A DNA stretch of 64,000 nt from Felis catus (Eukaryota). The DNA is taken from NCBI RefSeq assembly GCF_018350175.1, contig NC_058368.1, positions 219,792,001 to 219,856,000 on the forward strand, read 5' to 3'. This document shows, piece by piece, positions 11,921 to 24,755 of this stretch. Below the pieces are notes generated by a model. The model ran no database searches. It was not told where the DNA came from and worked only from the letters and a program-made list of their open reading frames with translations. Within the stretch, counting starts at the first letter, position 1; every line of letters begins with the position of its first letter. The position numbers were made by a program, and so were the translations under genes.

Positions 11921-14511
11921 TATTCTTGTATCTTAATAGTTGTGGAGGAGGCAGAGAATGCAAAATTACTTCGCTTGCAATCAGATTCTTTTAAAAAATA
12001 GGGAGCGTTTTTAAAAGAGGAACATATATTGACCTTTTGTTTTATGTCTTTTCTGGAAATGGTAATGATTGGCAATGCCATTATCTAATTACATATTTTC
12101 TTACCCTATTAAACACTCAGAGGAAGATTTTTACTTTGCTGCCAAAATATTAAAAAGTTAAAAAGTATATCTGTCTCAGAGAAAGAGAAGCGCCATAAGA
12201 ATCTCCTAAAAATAGCATGGACCTCTTTTTCCTTTCCTTGTTCCCACAGCATTTATTTTCCCAGGTGAAGTTCTGCCCATTCTTTCAGTTCTAACCTGCA
12301 GGACTACTTGTGACAGTTTATCAATCTTGTCTCTTTGTAGACAAAGAAAGCCTTGACATATAGCCAATATCCACAGAGCTCTCTGGCCTGAAATCTAGAC
12401 CATTTGAGTATTTCCTGGAATGGATTAAATGTATTGTAATGATTCTTGTCTAGGGCCAAAAGCTAGGTAACAATACTGTGGGCAGGAATAACTTTTTAAT
12501 TGATAGATGATTCAACTTCTCCTTGTGAAAAGAAGTTAGATTCTAAGGTAGGAAATAAGAATATGGCACATGAACCATGGATGAGCTTAAAGGGCAGGCA
12601 ATTTCTATTTGAATACTAAAGAATCAGGCACATGGGTCAGGGAGGAAGAAACAATATGGAGCTTTCCTAGTGCTTAGAAGTATACTGGTTCTTGCCACAC
12701 GGCACAAGGAAAGCAGAAGGTAGGAAAATAACATGGTAAGAAGCTCCTGTGCCCTCCTTTTTATCCTATTATACTTTACATATATGGATTTTTCTTATAT
12801 TTATTTTCTTTTTAAAATTCCCGGTGATGTGAATATGCTAAGCCTACACCTTGACAAGATTACAGCAGAAGAGAGGAGTCACGGACATACAGGAGAGACT
12901 GTGATCTCTTCACCAAAACATTGTATTTGGTTAACATTTGAACTTTATTCAGCAATTTCAAAGGGCCAATCATTACTCAAAATCTTTATATTTTTAACCT
13001 ATTGAATATCTACAACAAGTTTAGGAAGGTCACTTCTAAAGTGCTGAAAATGGGTAGACTGAACAGTTTGCCTACAGTTACACAGACAGGCAGCCCCACA
13101 CTTGGGACTGATATCTAGCTGTGTTCTGAAGAGCTATGCGGTAAATCTGCAAGATCAATATTTGTAAGAAACATCCATGTCTGACTTACCTACATCTCAA
13201 TTTTAGTTTCGACTTCATGGATATCTTATTCCTTAGAAAGGTTTCCAGGTTTTTTTCTCCATATATCTTAGAGGCTAGGTATTTCAAGAGACGCATCAAG
13301 ATGCCTGCAAAAGACCACAGGACCCTTTCCTTTCAGTCTGAAGGCTTGTCTGCCCAGAACAAAAGGAAATACTCCAGGGACAGCGTCAGCACTGACTCAA
13401 CCATCATTGTATGATCTACAGTACTTCAAAAACACTTCAGCGACCTATAATGTATCTTTAAGCTTTCCTGATTACTTCTCATGAAATTCGGAACACACAT
13501 ACTAGACAAATTTTCAGTGCCTGATTTTCTTACATTTGTGTGGCTCTCTAAACTATTCTATTTTGGAAAGTATTTAGTTGTTTGTAATCACTTTACCTAC
13601 ATCATGAATAAAGGTCCCAACTCGGGGTTGGAGAGTGAAACTCACAGAGATTCAGATTCTTCTTCCATTAAAAGAAGGGGCTGGACTATACAAACTTTAA
13701 CATTTAGTTTGGGCCATAAACATATTATTTAGAACTTCTTCATAGATGTAATGAGATAATAGAAATAATCATTGACGTTTCTTATAAGTCTTTAGAAAAA
13801 ACAAAAAGAAGATCAGCAAGACATCATGCATTTTTGCATTAGCTAAATACTTGTAAACCTGTGTACTTCATGCAAACTAGATATCTTGTATACAGGCTAT
13901 AGTTCATGAAAGCAAACTTATAGTAGAAAGGCTATGTGTATGATAACCTCTGTTAGTTTTTTCAGTACTTTAAAAAAATCAAATTTCCTTTTGAAAAGAT
14001 ATTTGATCCTGTAATAAATTTAAAAAATGAAATTTCTATTGAGAGGTAATTATCTATAACATTTGAATATTGTCATCAAAGGAAAGTTTACTTTATCTGT
14101 AACAATATATCTGTCAATAAAACCAGTCTTCTATATACCTAAATTTTACCTTGACTGTGGATACTTAAGCGTCATATATTTCTTTGTGTGCTTGAAATAA
14201 TTTGCAAATAAAAATAAAGTAAACTTTGAAAAAAAGACTATGAAAATATAAACATGGACAGAATTTCATTTTAAGGATAGCCAGGTAAAGAGCTGAAAAT
14301 AATCTAAAATATTTTCAAGGTTAAAGACAAAGAGCAGGGTAGTAAAATTATTTTTTATTGAATGGTCAAAAAATATATATGGGTATCCATATCTTAAATT
14401 GCGTCAGAATGTTGCTAAATGTAATGCAAGCAAACAAATAGACTCAGAAACAAAGCACCTCAGTTTACACTAAGTTACATAATATAAAAATAAATTGGAA
14501 ATAAAAGGAAA

Positions 14512-14513
<2 letters not shown>

Positions 14514-14547
<34 letters not shown>
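14514..14547. repeat. (AC)n microsatellite, ~17 units
   Basis: Read directly. Confidence 0.95.
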
Positions 14548-14549
<2 letters not shown>

Positions 14550-15626
14550 CCAAGAAAGAAAATCACAAGATCAAAACAGGCTATCACCAAAACACTGTTT
14601 AGTAAAAGAGTTATTGACTAGGTGCATATATCTTTTTCTATGTTGACCACATACATTTAAATTTCTAAATAGATCTTTCCCTGTAATCCATTCAGAAGTA
14701 CATTTCTTGCTATTTTTACCTCCCATAGATTCTATTTTATTCTGAAAGTGGTCCTTAGGAGGCTGTGAATAATTTAAAAGGAAAGATAAGGCATACAATA
14801 AAAAAGAAAAGCAGGGCAGTGTTCAGAAATAATTTTTTACAATGCTGAATAAGAAACACTCGAATGCACTTGTGACGTTCCATTTGTATTAATATCGTAG
14901 AGTAAGAGTTTTCCATTTTTTTTATAGCCTGGAAACCGTCTCTTCAAACAAAGTCTTACCCAGAAGCATAAACAAATAAAAAATATAAAAGCCGCACAAT
15001 GCTTGTTCAAAAGACATTTTGGGGGACAGTAGTATAGAAGGTCCTGCCCATTTATAGACAGACACACGACACACACACACACACACACAGATAGTATCAA
15101 GAGGGCTTGTTAATCATTACTATTACATTTTTTCTAGCATTTCACTTTAAATTCTTCTGTGTCTCAATCCTTAAAAACTTGGGGAGAAAAACATTTAATG
15201 CAACCATATCACAGTAAAAATAGAGAGTATATAAAATAGGAAGTGAAAATTTTACAGTTAGGAAGTAGATGCTTAATCATACATTATGTTAAGGAAATCA
15301 ACTTAGATGTGAAAATAGAAGGATATCAGAAATGAGGCATGAATTATATGATTCTCCACTCTTCCCAAAAGGTAATATTTTATTACCTTTTTTTTTTAAT
15401 ATCATGTAACACCTGGTTATCACATATGATGTGTAGCATATAAATCACACCTTTTTTCTGGAACAAGTCCATACAAGTTTGCAAATAATAGATAAGAATA
15501 TATTCAAAATACAATTTAATTTCCCGTGAAAATAGTTATTCTCATACAACATTGTGAGAATAGATTCAGTTAATACATTCTAAGAGTTACATCTTGTATG
15601 TGTGCACTTCTTTCAAGACTGCATCA

Positions 15627-15858
15627 GGGGCGCCTGGGTGGCGCAGTCGGTTAAGCGTCCGACTTCAGCCAGGTCACGATCTCGCGGTCCGTGAGCTCGA
15701 GCCCCGCGTCAGGCTCTGGGCTGATGGCTCGGAGCCTGGAGCCTGTTTCGGATTCTGTGTCTCCCTCTCTCTCTGCCCCTCCTCCATTCATGCTCTGTCT
15801 CTCTCTGTCCCAAAAATAAATAAAAACGTTGAAAAAAAAATTAAAAAAAAAAAAAAAA
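15627..15858 (+). mobile_element. Young felid SINE (SINEC_Fc1-like)
   Basis: ggggcgcctgggtggcgcagtcggttaagcgtccgac with CpGs intact, long polyA, perfect TSD aagactgcatca at 15615-15626 and 15859-15870. Confidence 0.97.
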
Positions 15859-18800
15859 AAGACTGCATCAAACACCTTCAAGGATAAATGTTGATGAACC
15901 ATTTCTGTGCAAACTATCCAAAGTAAGAATGGGATTCTGGTTCAATAATGGATTGCATCAAGAAACCATTAGTGAGGACTGAATTAATTACTACACTAAT
16001 TCTAGCAACATTTTAGCAACATTTCTATGTTGACAGCAATTTCTGGAAAAAATATCTTTTTTTATTTATTGCTTTAAAAAGTGGGCCTTTGCTAATATAT
16101 ATAAAAAAAAAAACATAGAGCAAAGGAAAGCAGATCTTGCTCAAGGAGAAAGTTGAGAGAATCAAGAACTTTTTTTTTCAAATATATTCTTTCTGCAAAT
16201 ACAAACACTGGAGACAGACTATCATAATTATCAAAAGAATAATCTTTATGTATATACACATATATAAAGATTCAAAAGCAGTATATAACATTCAAAAATA
16301 GTATATAAATATCTCCAAGAAATTTTAATTTAAAAATTCTAGAAAAGGCATAGTATCAGCAAATTAGGTCATAAAAGACCTTATCAAAGAGGCAAAGAAA
16401 CCCAGGTATATTTCCAGAAGCACTGACTATTTACCTAAATTACAGTCATCAGAAATACCAGCTGCATCTATGCTCCTTAGATTTTTGCTCTAGGCAACTG
16501 AAATCTTAGAACTACTTTTGGTAAAGCGATCTAGGAAGATGAAATGAGATAAATGATTGTTGCATTAAACTTATTGTGGCAGAGGAAAAAAAATAACAAA
16601 GTCATTTGGTAAGAAGTTATATCCCACTAAAAGCCTGTATGATGTAAGTTGTAAAGGATCACATCCATAAATCTTCTATGTGCTTTCTTGTTTTATTTAA
16701 TAATGTTGCTTGTTTACATCATTATGCTGACCTGTGTTTACTGAGACCGTGTATCTTTCCTGTTCTCCTGCCATTATTTGACTCCTCTCCAGCTTCAGAT
16801 TTTGCAGGGATCTGCATACTTTGCCATATATCAAAGTTACTTGAGAAGCTTGTCAAAGATCCAGACTCCCAGGGCCCAACCCAAGAGTGATTAAGCAGCT
16901 CTGGGGGAAAGCCTGGGTAAGGACTTTATAAATAACAAACAACACCTACAAAATAACCCCAAATCAAAGAAACAAAAACACCCGAATAATTCTGGCAAAT
17001 ATATTCCTCTGACTAATATTTGAAGTCTCTGTTGTGGTTTTCCCAGACATACTTTTTACCCTTTATAAAAGAAATATGGTAATGTGTTTTAAAAAATAAA
17101 ATATCAAAGAAGGAAAAATGTAAATAATCATTCTCCACCCCATATTTCTGCGCCAGAATACTCTCTCATCAGGAAAACCACTATTAACACTTCAGCTTTT
17201 TTAATTCTCTTAGATTTTTTGGTGGGTCTCTTTATCAACAAAATGGTTATGTCTATATTGATTTTTCTTTTCATCTTCTCTACATCACCTGTATAAATTA
17301 CCCTATCATTAATAAAGGTGTAGCTCAAACCTTCCCACTCAATAAAAAATATTACTAATGTACACACCTGAAAATTAATACAATATTATATGTCAATTAT
17401 TCTTCAATATTAATATAAATAATTTTATCCTGTATAATTCTATATTAAAATACTTAATTATGTATTAAATTCTATTAAATTTATATTGATATATTTCACT
17501 AAAATTTGTCTGCGCTAAAAACATGTATTTTCAGATCGCCCTCATCTATTCTTTTTATGTCTTTTGCTGCCAAAGAGGTTGGAGAAACTATGTTTATGTT
17601 TCTATTATTCAATGTGCTTTTGTGGCCTTGACTTTCTGAACAGAGACAGCACACAAGTGACTGTATTGGTAAATGTACCAGGTGAACTTATAAACAGTTA
17701 TAAGATTGCTTGCATGATTCATCACTGAACTTGAAATAAAGTAAAAGAGTTCCAATATATTATAAATATCATGTATCCATGTTAACTAGCTAAAGCTTTT
17801 TGTGCCTGGATAGTACATAATTAACATGTCACAAAAACTTACTATAAAACTGTTCACTATTTGGAAGAATAAATTCACATTCCATTAAATAAGGATCATC
17901 ACCACTTTAATGGTCTACATGTTGCATTTTAATAGCCATATAAGTAACCAGAAAATTAAATAGGTCTTTTATCTAATATGTATTTTCACATTTGAGTGTT
18001 CTCCTGGCAGAAGAGAACTGGGATAGCTGAAACTGATCAGATCCCATTAATGTGAGATTGCTTGTGAAGTAGTACATTTTCTATTATCTTGTGTGGAGAT
18101 GTTATGCAAATTATTTGTAAATGTGAAATCCTCAAGAGCAAAGCTACATTAACTGTTCCTATTGCTAAGGTATGCTCAATAATTTACAACCCATCAATGG
18201 CTGAATTGGAAACAAATTGGTTCTCTGCAGTTCCGTAACGCAGTAGAAATGTAAACAGCACCATCTTCTGGATTATACACACTCTCATAATTGTTTTATA
18301 AGATGTTATGCACATATTCTCTGAGACAGGTGTCTAACAGATATTAAACATTACATGTTTACCCTGCATATCTGGAAATAATTATGGTTGATTTTAAACG
18401 TGACAAGTAGATTTAGACACTAACTCAATGACGTGTAGAAACAATATAAGCATTTTTGTGTACATTAATTTGAATATTGAATTATAATTCAAATATAAGT
18501 ACTTTAGCATTGAATAAATAGGGGGATAGAGTTTTGGTCTGATTAACTTCATCCCTTCCATAGCCATTGGCAGTTTAGGAAGTATCTGAAGTGGAAAAAA
18601 AAAAATTCATGACTTGAATATTTCCTTGGAAGAGTAAAACAGAAAATAGACACAACATCAATACATACAGCCAATGCTCTCATTCTAAAAAGTAAACTTC
18701 AATAAATGATTCTCCCAAACTCCAATAGCTAGAAAAAAAGTTATTTTATCATTTCCTTATCCCACTAATGATTAACCTTCACAGGAAGAAAGGATTCAAG

Positions 18801-18943
18801 GAAATTGTGTGTTCTGCAATATCACTGCATTTTCAACTGAAATATAATTCTAGTGATTTAAATTTACATTTGTCGACATGGGGGGTAAATTTGTGATACT
18901 TTTATTTTTTAGCTCAAGAGAATGTGAAATAATTGTAATAAAG

Positions 18944-19080
18944 TTGTATGGTGACAGATGGTAGCTACAGTTATTGCAGTGAGCATTGAGTAATATATAG
19001 AATTGGTGAATCACTCTGTTGTCCACCTGAAACTAATGTAACATTGTATGATTACTATCCTTCAAGTAGGAAAAAAAAAT
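18944..19080 (+). mobile_element. L1 3' terminal fragment
   Basis: tgtatggtgacagatggtagctac...gaatcactctgttgtccacctgaaactaatgtaacattgtatg followed by an A tract. Confidence 0.8.
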
Positions 19081-19149
19081 TAGATCAGCCCAACCCTCCA
19101 ACTTTTTCTATGCTTTGCGTGGGCTGAACAGTGCAGACACTGAAAGACA

Positions 19150-19801
19150 GCTACTGTATCATACCATATATATATGTCGAATCTGCAAAACCCAAACTTC
19201 TAGAGACAGAATACAATGGTGTTTACCAAGGTCTGGAAAATGGAGGAATTGAGGAGATATTGGTTAAAGAATACAAGCTTCCAGTTATAAGTTAAGTGAG
19301 TTCTGGGGAATCTAATGCACAGTATTGTGTTTGTAGTTAAGAATACTATATGCTATACATTAAATTTGTAAAAAAAAAAAAAAAAAAGAGTATATTTTAA
19401 ATGTTCTCAGGGTGCCTGGGTGGCTCAGTCGCTACGTGTGTGAGTTCAGCTCAGGTCATGACCTGAGGGTTTGTGGGTTTGACCCCATGTTAGGCTCCGT
19501 GCTGACAGCTCAGAGCCTGGAAACTGCTTCAGATTCTGTCTCTGTCTCTGTCTCTGTCTCTGCCTCCCTTCCATTCATGCTCTATCTGTCTCTCCCTTGA
19601 AAATAAGTAAACGTTAAATTTTTTTTAAATGTTCTCACAACAAAAAAGAGAAAGTAATTATGTGATGTGATGGAGGTGTTGGTAACACTAAGGTGGTAAT
19701 CATACTATAATATATAACTGTATCAAAACAATAGATTGTTCAGCTTGAAGTTACATTGCCTATGTAACCTATATCTCCATAAAGTTGGACAAAAAAGAAA
19801 A
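19150..19801 (+). mobile_element. L1MA/MB-type 3' end interrupted by a SINE
   Basis: gaatacaagcttccagttataag...ttctggggaatctaatgcacag; aattatgtgatgtgatggaggtgtt; A-rich end. Confidence 0.8.
19410..19622 (+). mobile_element. Can-SINE inside L1
   Basis: gggtgcctgggtggctcagtc head; TSD ttttaaatgttctca at 19395-19409 and 19623-19637. Confidence 0.94.
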
Positions 19802-21468
19802 GCGGAAGTTGTTAAAAATGTAAAGCTTGAACTTACTCAATTCTTTAGATTAAGGATGATTAGTATCAGGTTTGGTGTCCTAGCCCCCTATTTTCCCAAT
19901 TTAGGCATGAATGTTTGAGTATGGAGGCTTTTCAGGTTGGTGATTCAGTCTCCAACTATTATTTCTCGATAAAAGATCAAATATAAAAAAAATTATAGGG
20001 AAATCTTTGGAGCAGAGGCTAGCCTATGTACAGGTACAAAGGGAAGACAAATGATAACAAACTGGAACGCAAATATATATATTTGGATTTTGATTTGTAT
20101 GTATTTTTGTATTTGCAATTACATATGTATAATTATAATTACATAAGCAATCATATATAAATATATTCATTTTATATTTTATTTATTTATATTACATATT
20201 TGCATGTAAATACAATTAAATATATGTGTATATATACTATATGTAATATACGATTGTATAAGCAATAATATGAAATTTTTAGAAATCTAGACATTCCTTG
20301 GATATCTGTCAGAAGTTATTAATGATGTTACACAGACAGTGGCATGATAAAAATTTGTTTCATGAAGCTCCTGTATTCCATTATAGAAATGTGATTGAAG
20401 GGAAGCAGTAAGGGAGAAAGAACCAAGGAGGAGTTTATTTGGGGAGTTATTAAATTCTGAAGGCAATTTTAGTTTGATGGTCAGGTAAGAACAGAGAAAA
20501 GAAAATGATTCTCAGAATTCAGTCCTCTGTACATATAAAATATTGCCTTAAAATGAATTAGGGAACAGAGGAAACACAATATTTAGGGAGAAATAAGGTA
20601 ATTTAATTTTGAAAATGAAGGAGTTTGAGGTGCCTGCTATAGATATAAGAAGGAAGGATAAAATGTCAGCAACAAAGTTGGTTGTGAGCTGATTAAAACC
20701 ATTTCCATTTTGTTTTCCAGTTGAATTGAAAGGAACAACTGAGGTCATTTACAGAGCGTATTGGGGATATATAAATGAAGTGGCTATCTTAGGTAACAGG
20801 ACAGCTAAAGAGAGATGGTTTCATAGGTGGCCAAGGAAAGGTGAGAGAAGGGACAGAAAATGGTGGCATAAAATATCTGGAATACATTATGGGAAATACA
20901 AATCTCCCCATGAACTCAGAGCTAACAGTACTGAAATGGGAACATAACCCCTTTCCACAAGAACAGAAACACTCCACATCCTGGAGGACATGGCTCAGTG
21001 GATTTGTGGCAGGGCAGTAGATCAGAAATTTGCATGGTATAAAGGGTGAAGGTCCAAATATTTCCCTATTTTAGCACCTCAGATTTCACCAATTGAGGGA
21101 GGGAATATTTAAAAGTACCCAAGTCTGCAGTCAAATGTGTCTACTGGAATTTTTGATCTAAACAAGAGTATTTGTTTCTCGTGGACTTGGGGGTGTTAAC
21201 AAAGCACTCATAGTTCATGCAATGATTTTTTTTTTAACGTAAGCACAATCTTGCCTGTCTTTCACTTCTTTATTTACTCTGCCATGGGGCTTTGCAGTGG
21301 CTTATCTGTATATTTGGAATGAATGAGTGAGCATGCTCAGCTCAGCTATACCCCTCTTCAACTTGAGAATGAGTCTATTTACCATATGAATTTCCAGGAC
21401 TTTTTTTGTATTGGGGTTCCCTCCTCAGAAAGAATCCTACCCATCAAATGAGACCTTGACTGGATGGG

Positions 21469-21889
21469 TGTATTAGTTTCCTGGGACTGCTGTAAAAAAA
21501 GTACTACAAACTGGATGGCAACAGAAATTCTTTGCCTAATAGTTCTTTAAGTTAGAAGTTGAAGATGAAAGCACAGTTGGTTCCTTCTGAGAGCTGTGAG
21601 GGAGAATTTATTCTATGCCTCTTTCTTAGCATCTGGTAATCTCAGGCACTCTTTGGCTTACAGGCGGTGTTCTACCCATGTCTTCATAGTCTTCCCTGTG
21701 TACATGTCTATCTCTGTGTCTAAATTTCCCCTTTTTATAAGGACATCAGTCATATTGGATTGGGACCCATGCTAATGTCCTCATTTTAACTTGCTCATAT
21801 GCACAGACCCAATTTCCAAATAAAACCACATTCACAGGTAAGGGTGAGGACTTCAACATTTTTGGTGGGGGGATAAGTAAACCTATAAT
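21469..21889 (-). mobile_element. MLT1-type MaLR LTR
   Basis: tgtattagtttcctgggactgctgtaa...ccctttttataaggacatcagtcatattggatt...tttccaaataa. Confidence 0.85.
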
Positions 21890-22118
21890 TGTGGGTGAGT
21901 CTGACTAATGGTGGTGCCCTTCAGGTACTGAGATGTGAGGCCATATTGTGTAGTTTAGTTATCAAACAGGTCAACTTTGGCTGGCTCCTATATGTATCTT
22001 TGCTACTTCTCAGTTGGTCCAGAAACCATGTAGAGAAAGATATTTGTTCTTTATTTGGCCCTCTCAGAGTTTACACATGTGGGAGAAATGTAGTTTGAAA
22101 GACTCTTGGGATCATTAC

Positions 22119-22800
22119 AATGGCAGGTTAGAGCCAGTTTGTACCAGCTCACAAGAGCCAATTCTTACATATTAAAGAATTTTGAAAGTTAATTACTAAA
22201 CACAGTTGTTAATTAAATCATATAAACTTGACATGCAAAATTATCCCTTCCCAATTGTGTCTTCCTACTATCTATGCTTTGGGGATATTTGCTCTATTGT
22301 ATCTATGCAGTAGAAATACTACATAAGTTTACTGATGTGTTGCTACTGCACATCTCTTTCAACTTTGCAATCAGTGACATCATAATACTAATTTGAAATG
22401 GACAACGGGAGGATGTTTACTCCACATAAATTAGCAAACAGTACCAATCAGGAGTTAAGTTGTTGTTTTGATAAATCCTTAGAAAAAAAAAAGAGTGTGG
22501 GTGAGAACATGTTGAGAATGCACAGTAAACTTAAATGTGTTATGTCTACAGCTGATTGACATGGATATTGTAAATAACAAAAAAAATTGAGAAAATGGTT
22601 TTCCAATATTCTAACACTATTCTGATTAAACAAAGTAGCCACTTGCATCATCGGCAAGTGAGTAGATTTCCAACACATATCTGCATCATCTCACTTTTGT
22701 TTTACTCATTAACATAAACAAAAATACCAGTCAACACTCACATTGAAACTACACTTGAAGAATCAGTTGCTAAATCTTTACTAGCCCATCACAGAACAGT
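22119..22800 (+). mobile_element. MER63-like hAT DNA transposon remnant
   Basis: gagccagtttgtaccagctcacaagagccaatt and gtgttgctactgcacatctctttcaact...cagtgacatca match the recalled MER63 consensus; right boundary approximate. Confidence 0.65.
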
Positions 22801-23466
22801 GAGCAGTTAATGACAGCACGTTTAGATTTTTTTATAAGAATCTTGACACTATAGGTAAATTGGAAAATGTGCAGTTAATGTCACTTTGTTGTTTTGTTTT
22901 TGTAGTGTAAAAGATTTAAGAGGTTTAAATATCCATTGCAAATATGTGTGGTAGAAAAGAGGGAGACCGAAAGGAAGGGAGAAGGAGAACCTGAATCTCC
23001 ATATGAAGGAAATATACTTGAAGAGATGAGAGCCAACCTATATTATAGTTGAAGAGTATGCCATGGCAGTTGGCGGTAACTCTTCCATCCTGAGAAGAAG
23101 GAGGAATGAAATAATAGGTGCGGGTATAGGTAATTGGTAATTGGCATTGTAGTACATTAAGAGAAGTCCACACCTGGTGTTTTTATATGTACTTTTTTAA
23201 ATCAAATAAGTTTACTACTGAAAGCTAAAGAGAATTCAGAAAAGGAAAGGACTTTAGATCTAATGGATTGGTTTTGAGTTATCTATGAATAATAGTAAAA
23301 CTGAATATTGAGGGGAAGTAAGATTGGAAGTGTTATGTAAGGCTTTGAGGAATCCTATTTCTGGATGTACCAGTGGGTCAAGACCCCTCCTCAGGCCATG
23401 GCCTATGGAGCTGAGTCCCATAACCCAAACAGAGGCACATCTGTTCATGGATGGATACTGAAAGTT

Positions 23467-23907
23467 TGTTGCTGAAGGGGTTATTTATTTTTGAAGGTGC
23501 CATTTATTTTGCCATCTAAAATGGGTTCATTCAGGATTAGCCAAGAATTATAATCAGGACAAGTAAGATATGGCAAAACCAAAGGCAAGTCCACAGAACA
23601 AAGGAGATGAGGCTTTTTTATACAGGGAAAGGGGAAGCTGAGAAGGGTGTTATAAATAAAAAGTACACTTGAGTCAACTGGGAGTTTGAAGTATAGTGGC
23701 TCCTCATTGGCTGAGTTGTAATAGTCTGTCATTATTTCTTCCTCTAGCTGGGATAGTAAAGTAGCATACTCATGCAAGGTCTCTCTTTCCTGCTGGGTCT
23801 ACAATTGACAAGAGTGGTAAGGAGTGAGAGCTCCCCTGCTGGCCTCCCAACTCCATTTTAAATGAGATTTTCTTTTAATTTTTTTATTCCTTTTATTAAT
23901 TTTCACA
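23467..23907 (-). mobile_element. ERV1-class solo LTR (MER34-like)
   Basis: Minus strand begins TGTGAAAATTAAT...atttaaaatggagttgggaggccagcaggggag; inverted CCAAT (cattgg); tgttg at the left end; no clear TSD. Confidence 0.6.
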
Positions 23908-23971
23908 AAGGGGAGACATCCAAAAGAAACATTATTGAGACTTATATCTGTATAATACGTTGCAAAGAACA

Positions 23972-24180
23972 TTTTTTCTTTTCTTGTTTTAAAAGATTTA
24001 TTTATTTTTTAGAGAATGAGCACAAGTGGGGAAGGTACAGAAAGAGGGGGGCACAGAAGATCCAAAGTGGGCTCCACGCTGCCAGCAGAGAGCCTGATAC
24101 ATGGCTCTAACCCATGAATTGTGAGATCATGACCTGAGCCAAAGTCAGACACTCAATTGACTGAGCCACCCCAGGCACCC
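23972..24180 (-). mobile_element. Can-SINE
   Basis: Antisense SINE ending ccaggcaccc; TSD tgcaaa(g/t)aa. Confidence 0.9.
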
Positions 24181-24325
24181 TGCAAATAATTGTTTTTCAG
24201 TCTTATCCATATTTTATTTTTATTGTTATTATTATTCGCCAAGGAAATCACTAATGTCAAAAAACACATATTTAATTCCTTTTCTTCATGGTATCCCAAT
24301 TTTGTGTCAATATAAGAAAATCTCC

Positions 24326-24755
24326 ATCTGGCTGACTTTCTTTCACATAGCATAATACACTCTAGTTCAATCCACATTGTTGCAAATGGCAAGATTTTAT
24401 TCTTTTTCATCACCAAGTAGCATTCCATTGTCAGTCAGAGAAAGACAGCTAACATATGAGTTCACTCACATGTGGAATTTGAGAAACTCAAATGAAAAGA
24501 TGAAAAGATGAAAAGAGGGGAAGGAAAGAAAAAATAAGATAAAACAGAGAGGGAGGCAAACCGTAAGAGATTCTTAAATACAGAGAACAAACTGAGGGCT
24601 GCTGGAAGGGGAGTGTGAGTTAAATGGGTGACAGGCATTAAGGAGGGCACTTTTGGGGATGAGCTCTGTGTGTCATACTAAGAGATGAATCACTGGGTTC
24701 TACTCTTGAAGCCAAGACTATACTGTATGTTATCTAACTTGAATTTAAAAAAAAT
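24326..24755 (+). mobile_element. 5'-truncated, 5'-inverted carnivore L1 insertion
   Basis: 24326-24430 is antisense ORF2 end (MECYLVMKKNKILPFATMWIELECIML); 24431-24755 is sense 3' UTR plus A tail. Confidence 0.85.

Noticed and set aside
11746..12081. Arg/Glu/Gly-rich and Leu/Pro-rich ORFs
   Set aside because: Translation of a CT-rich low-complexity tract
20070..20280. Very AT-rich quasi-palindromic tract (similar at 37480-37760)
   Set aside because: Low-complexity TA/CA decay with no defined arms or periodicity
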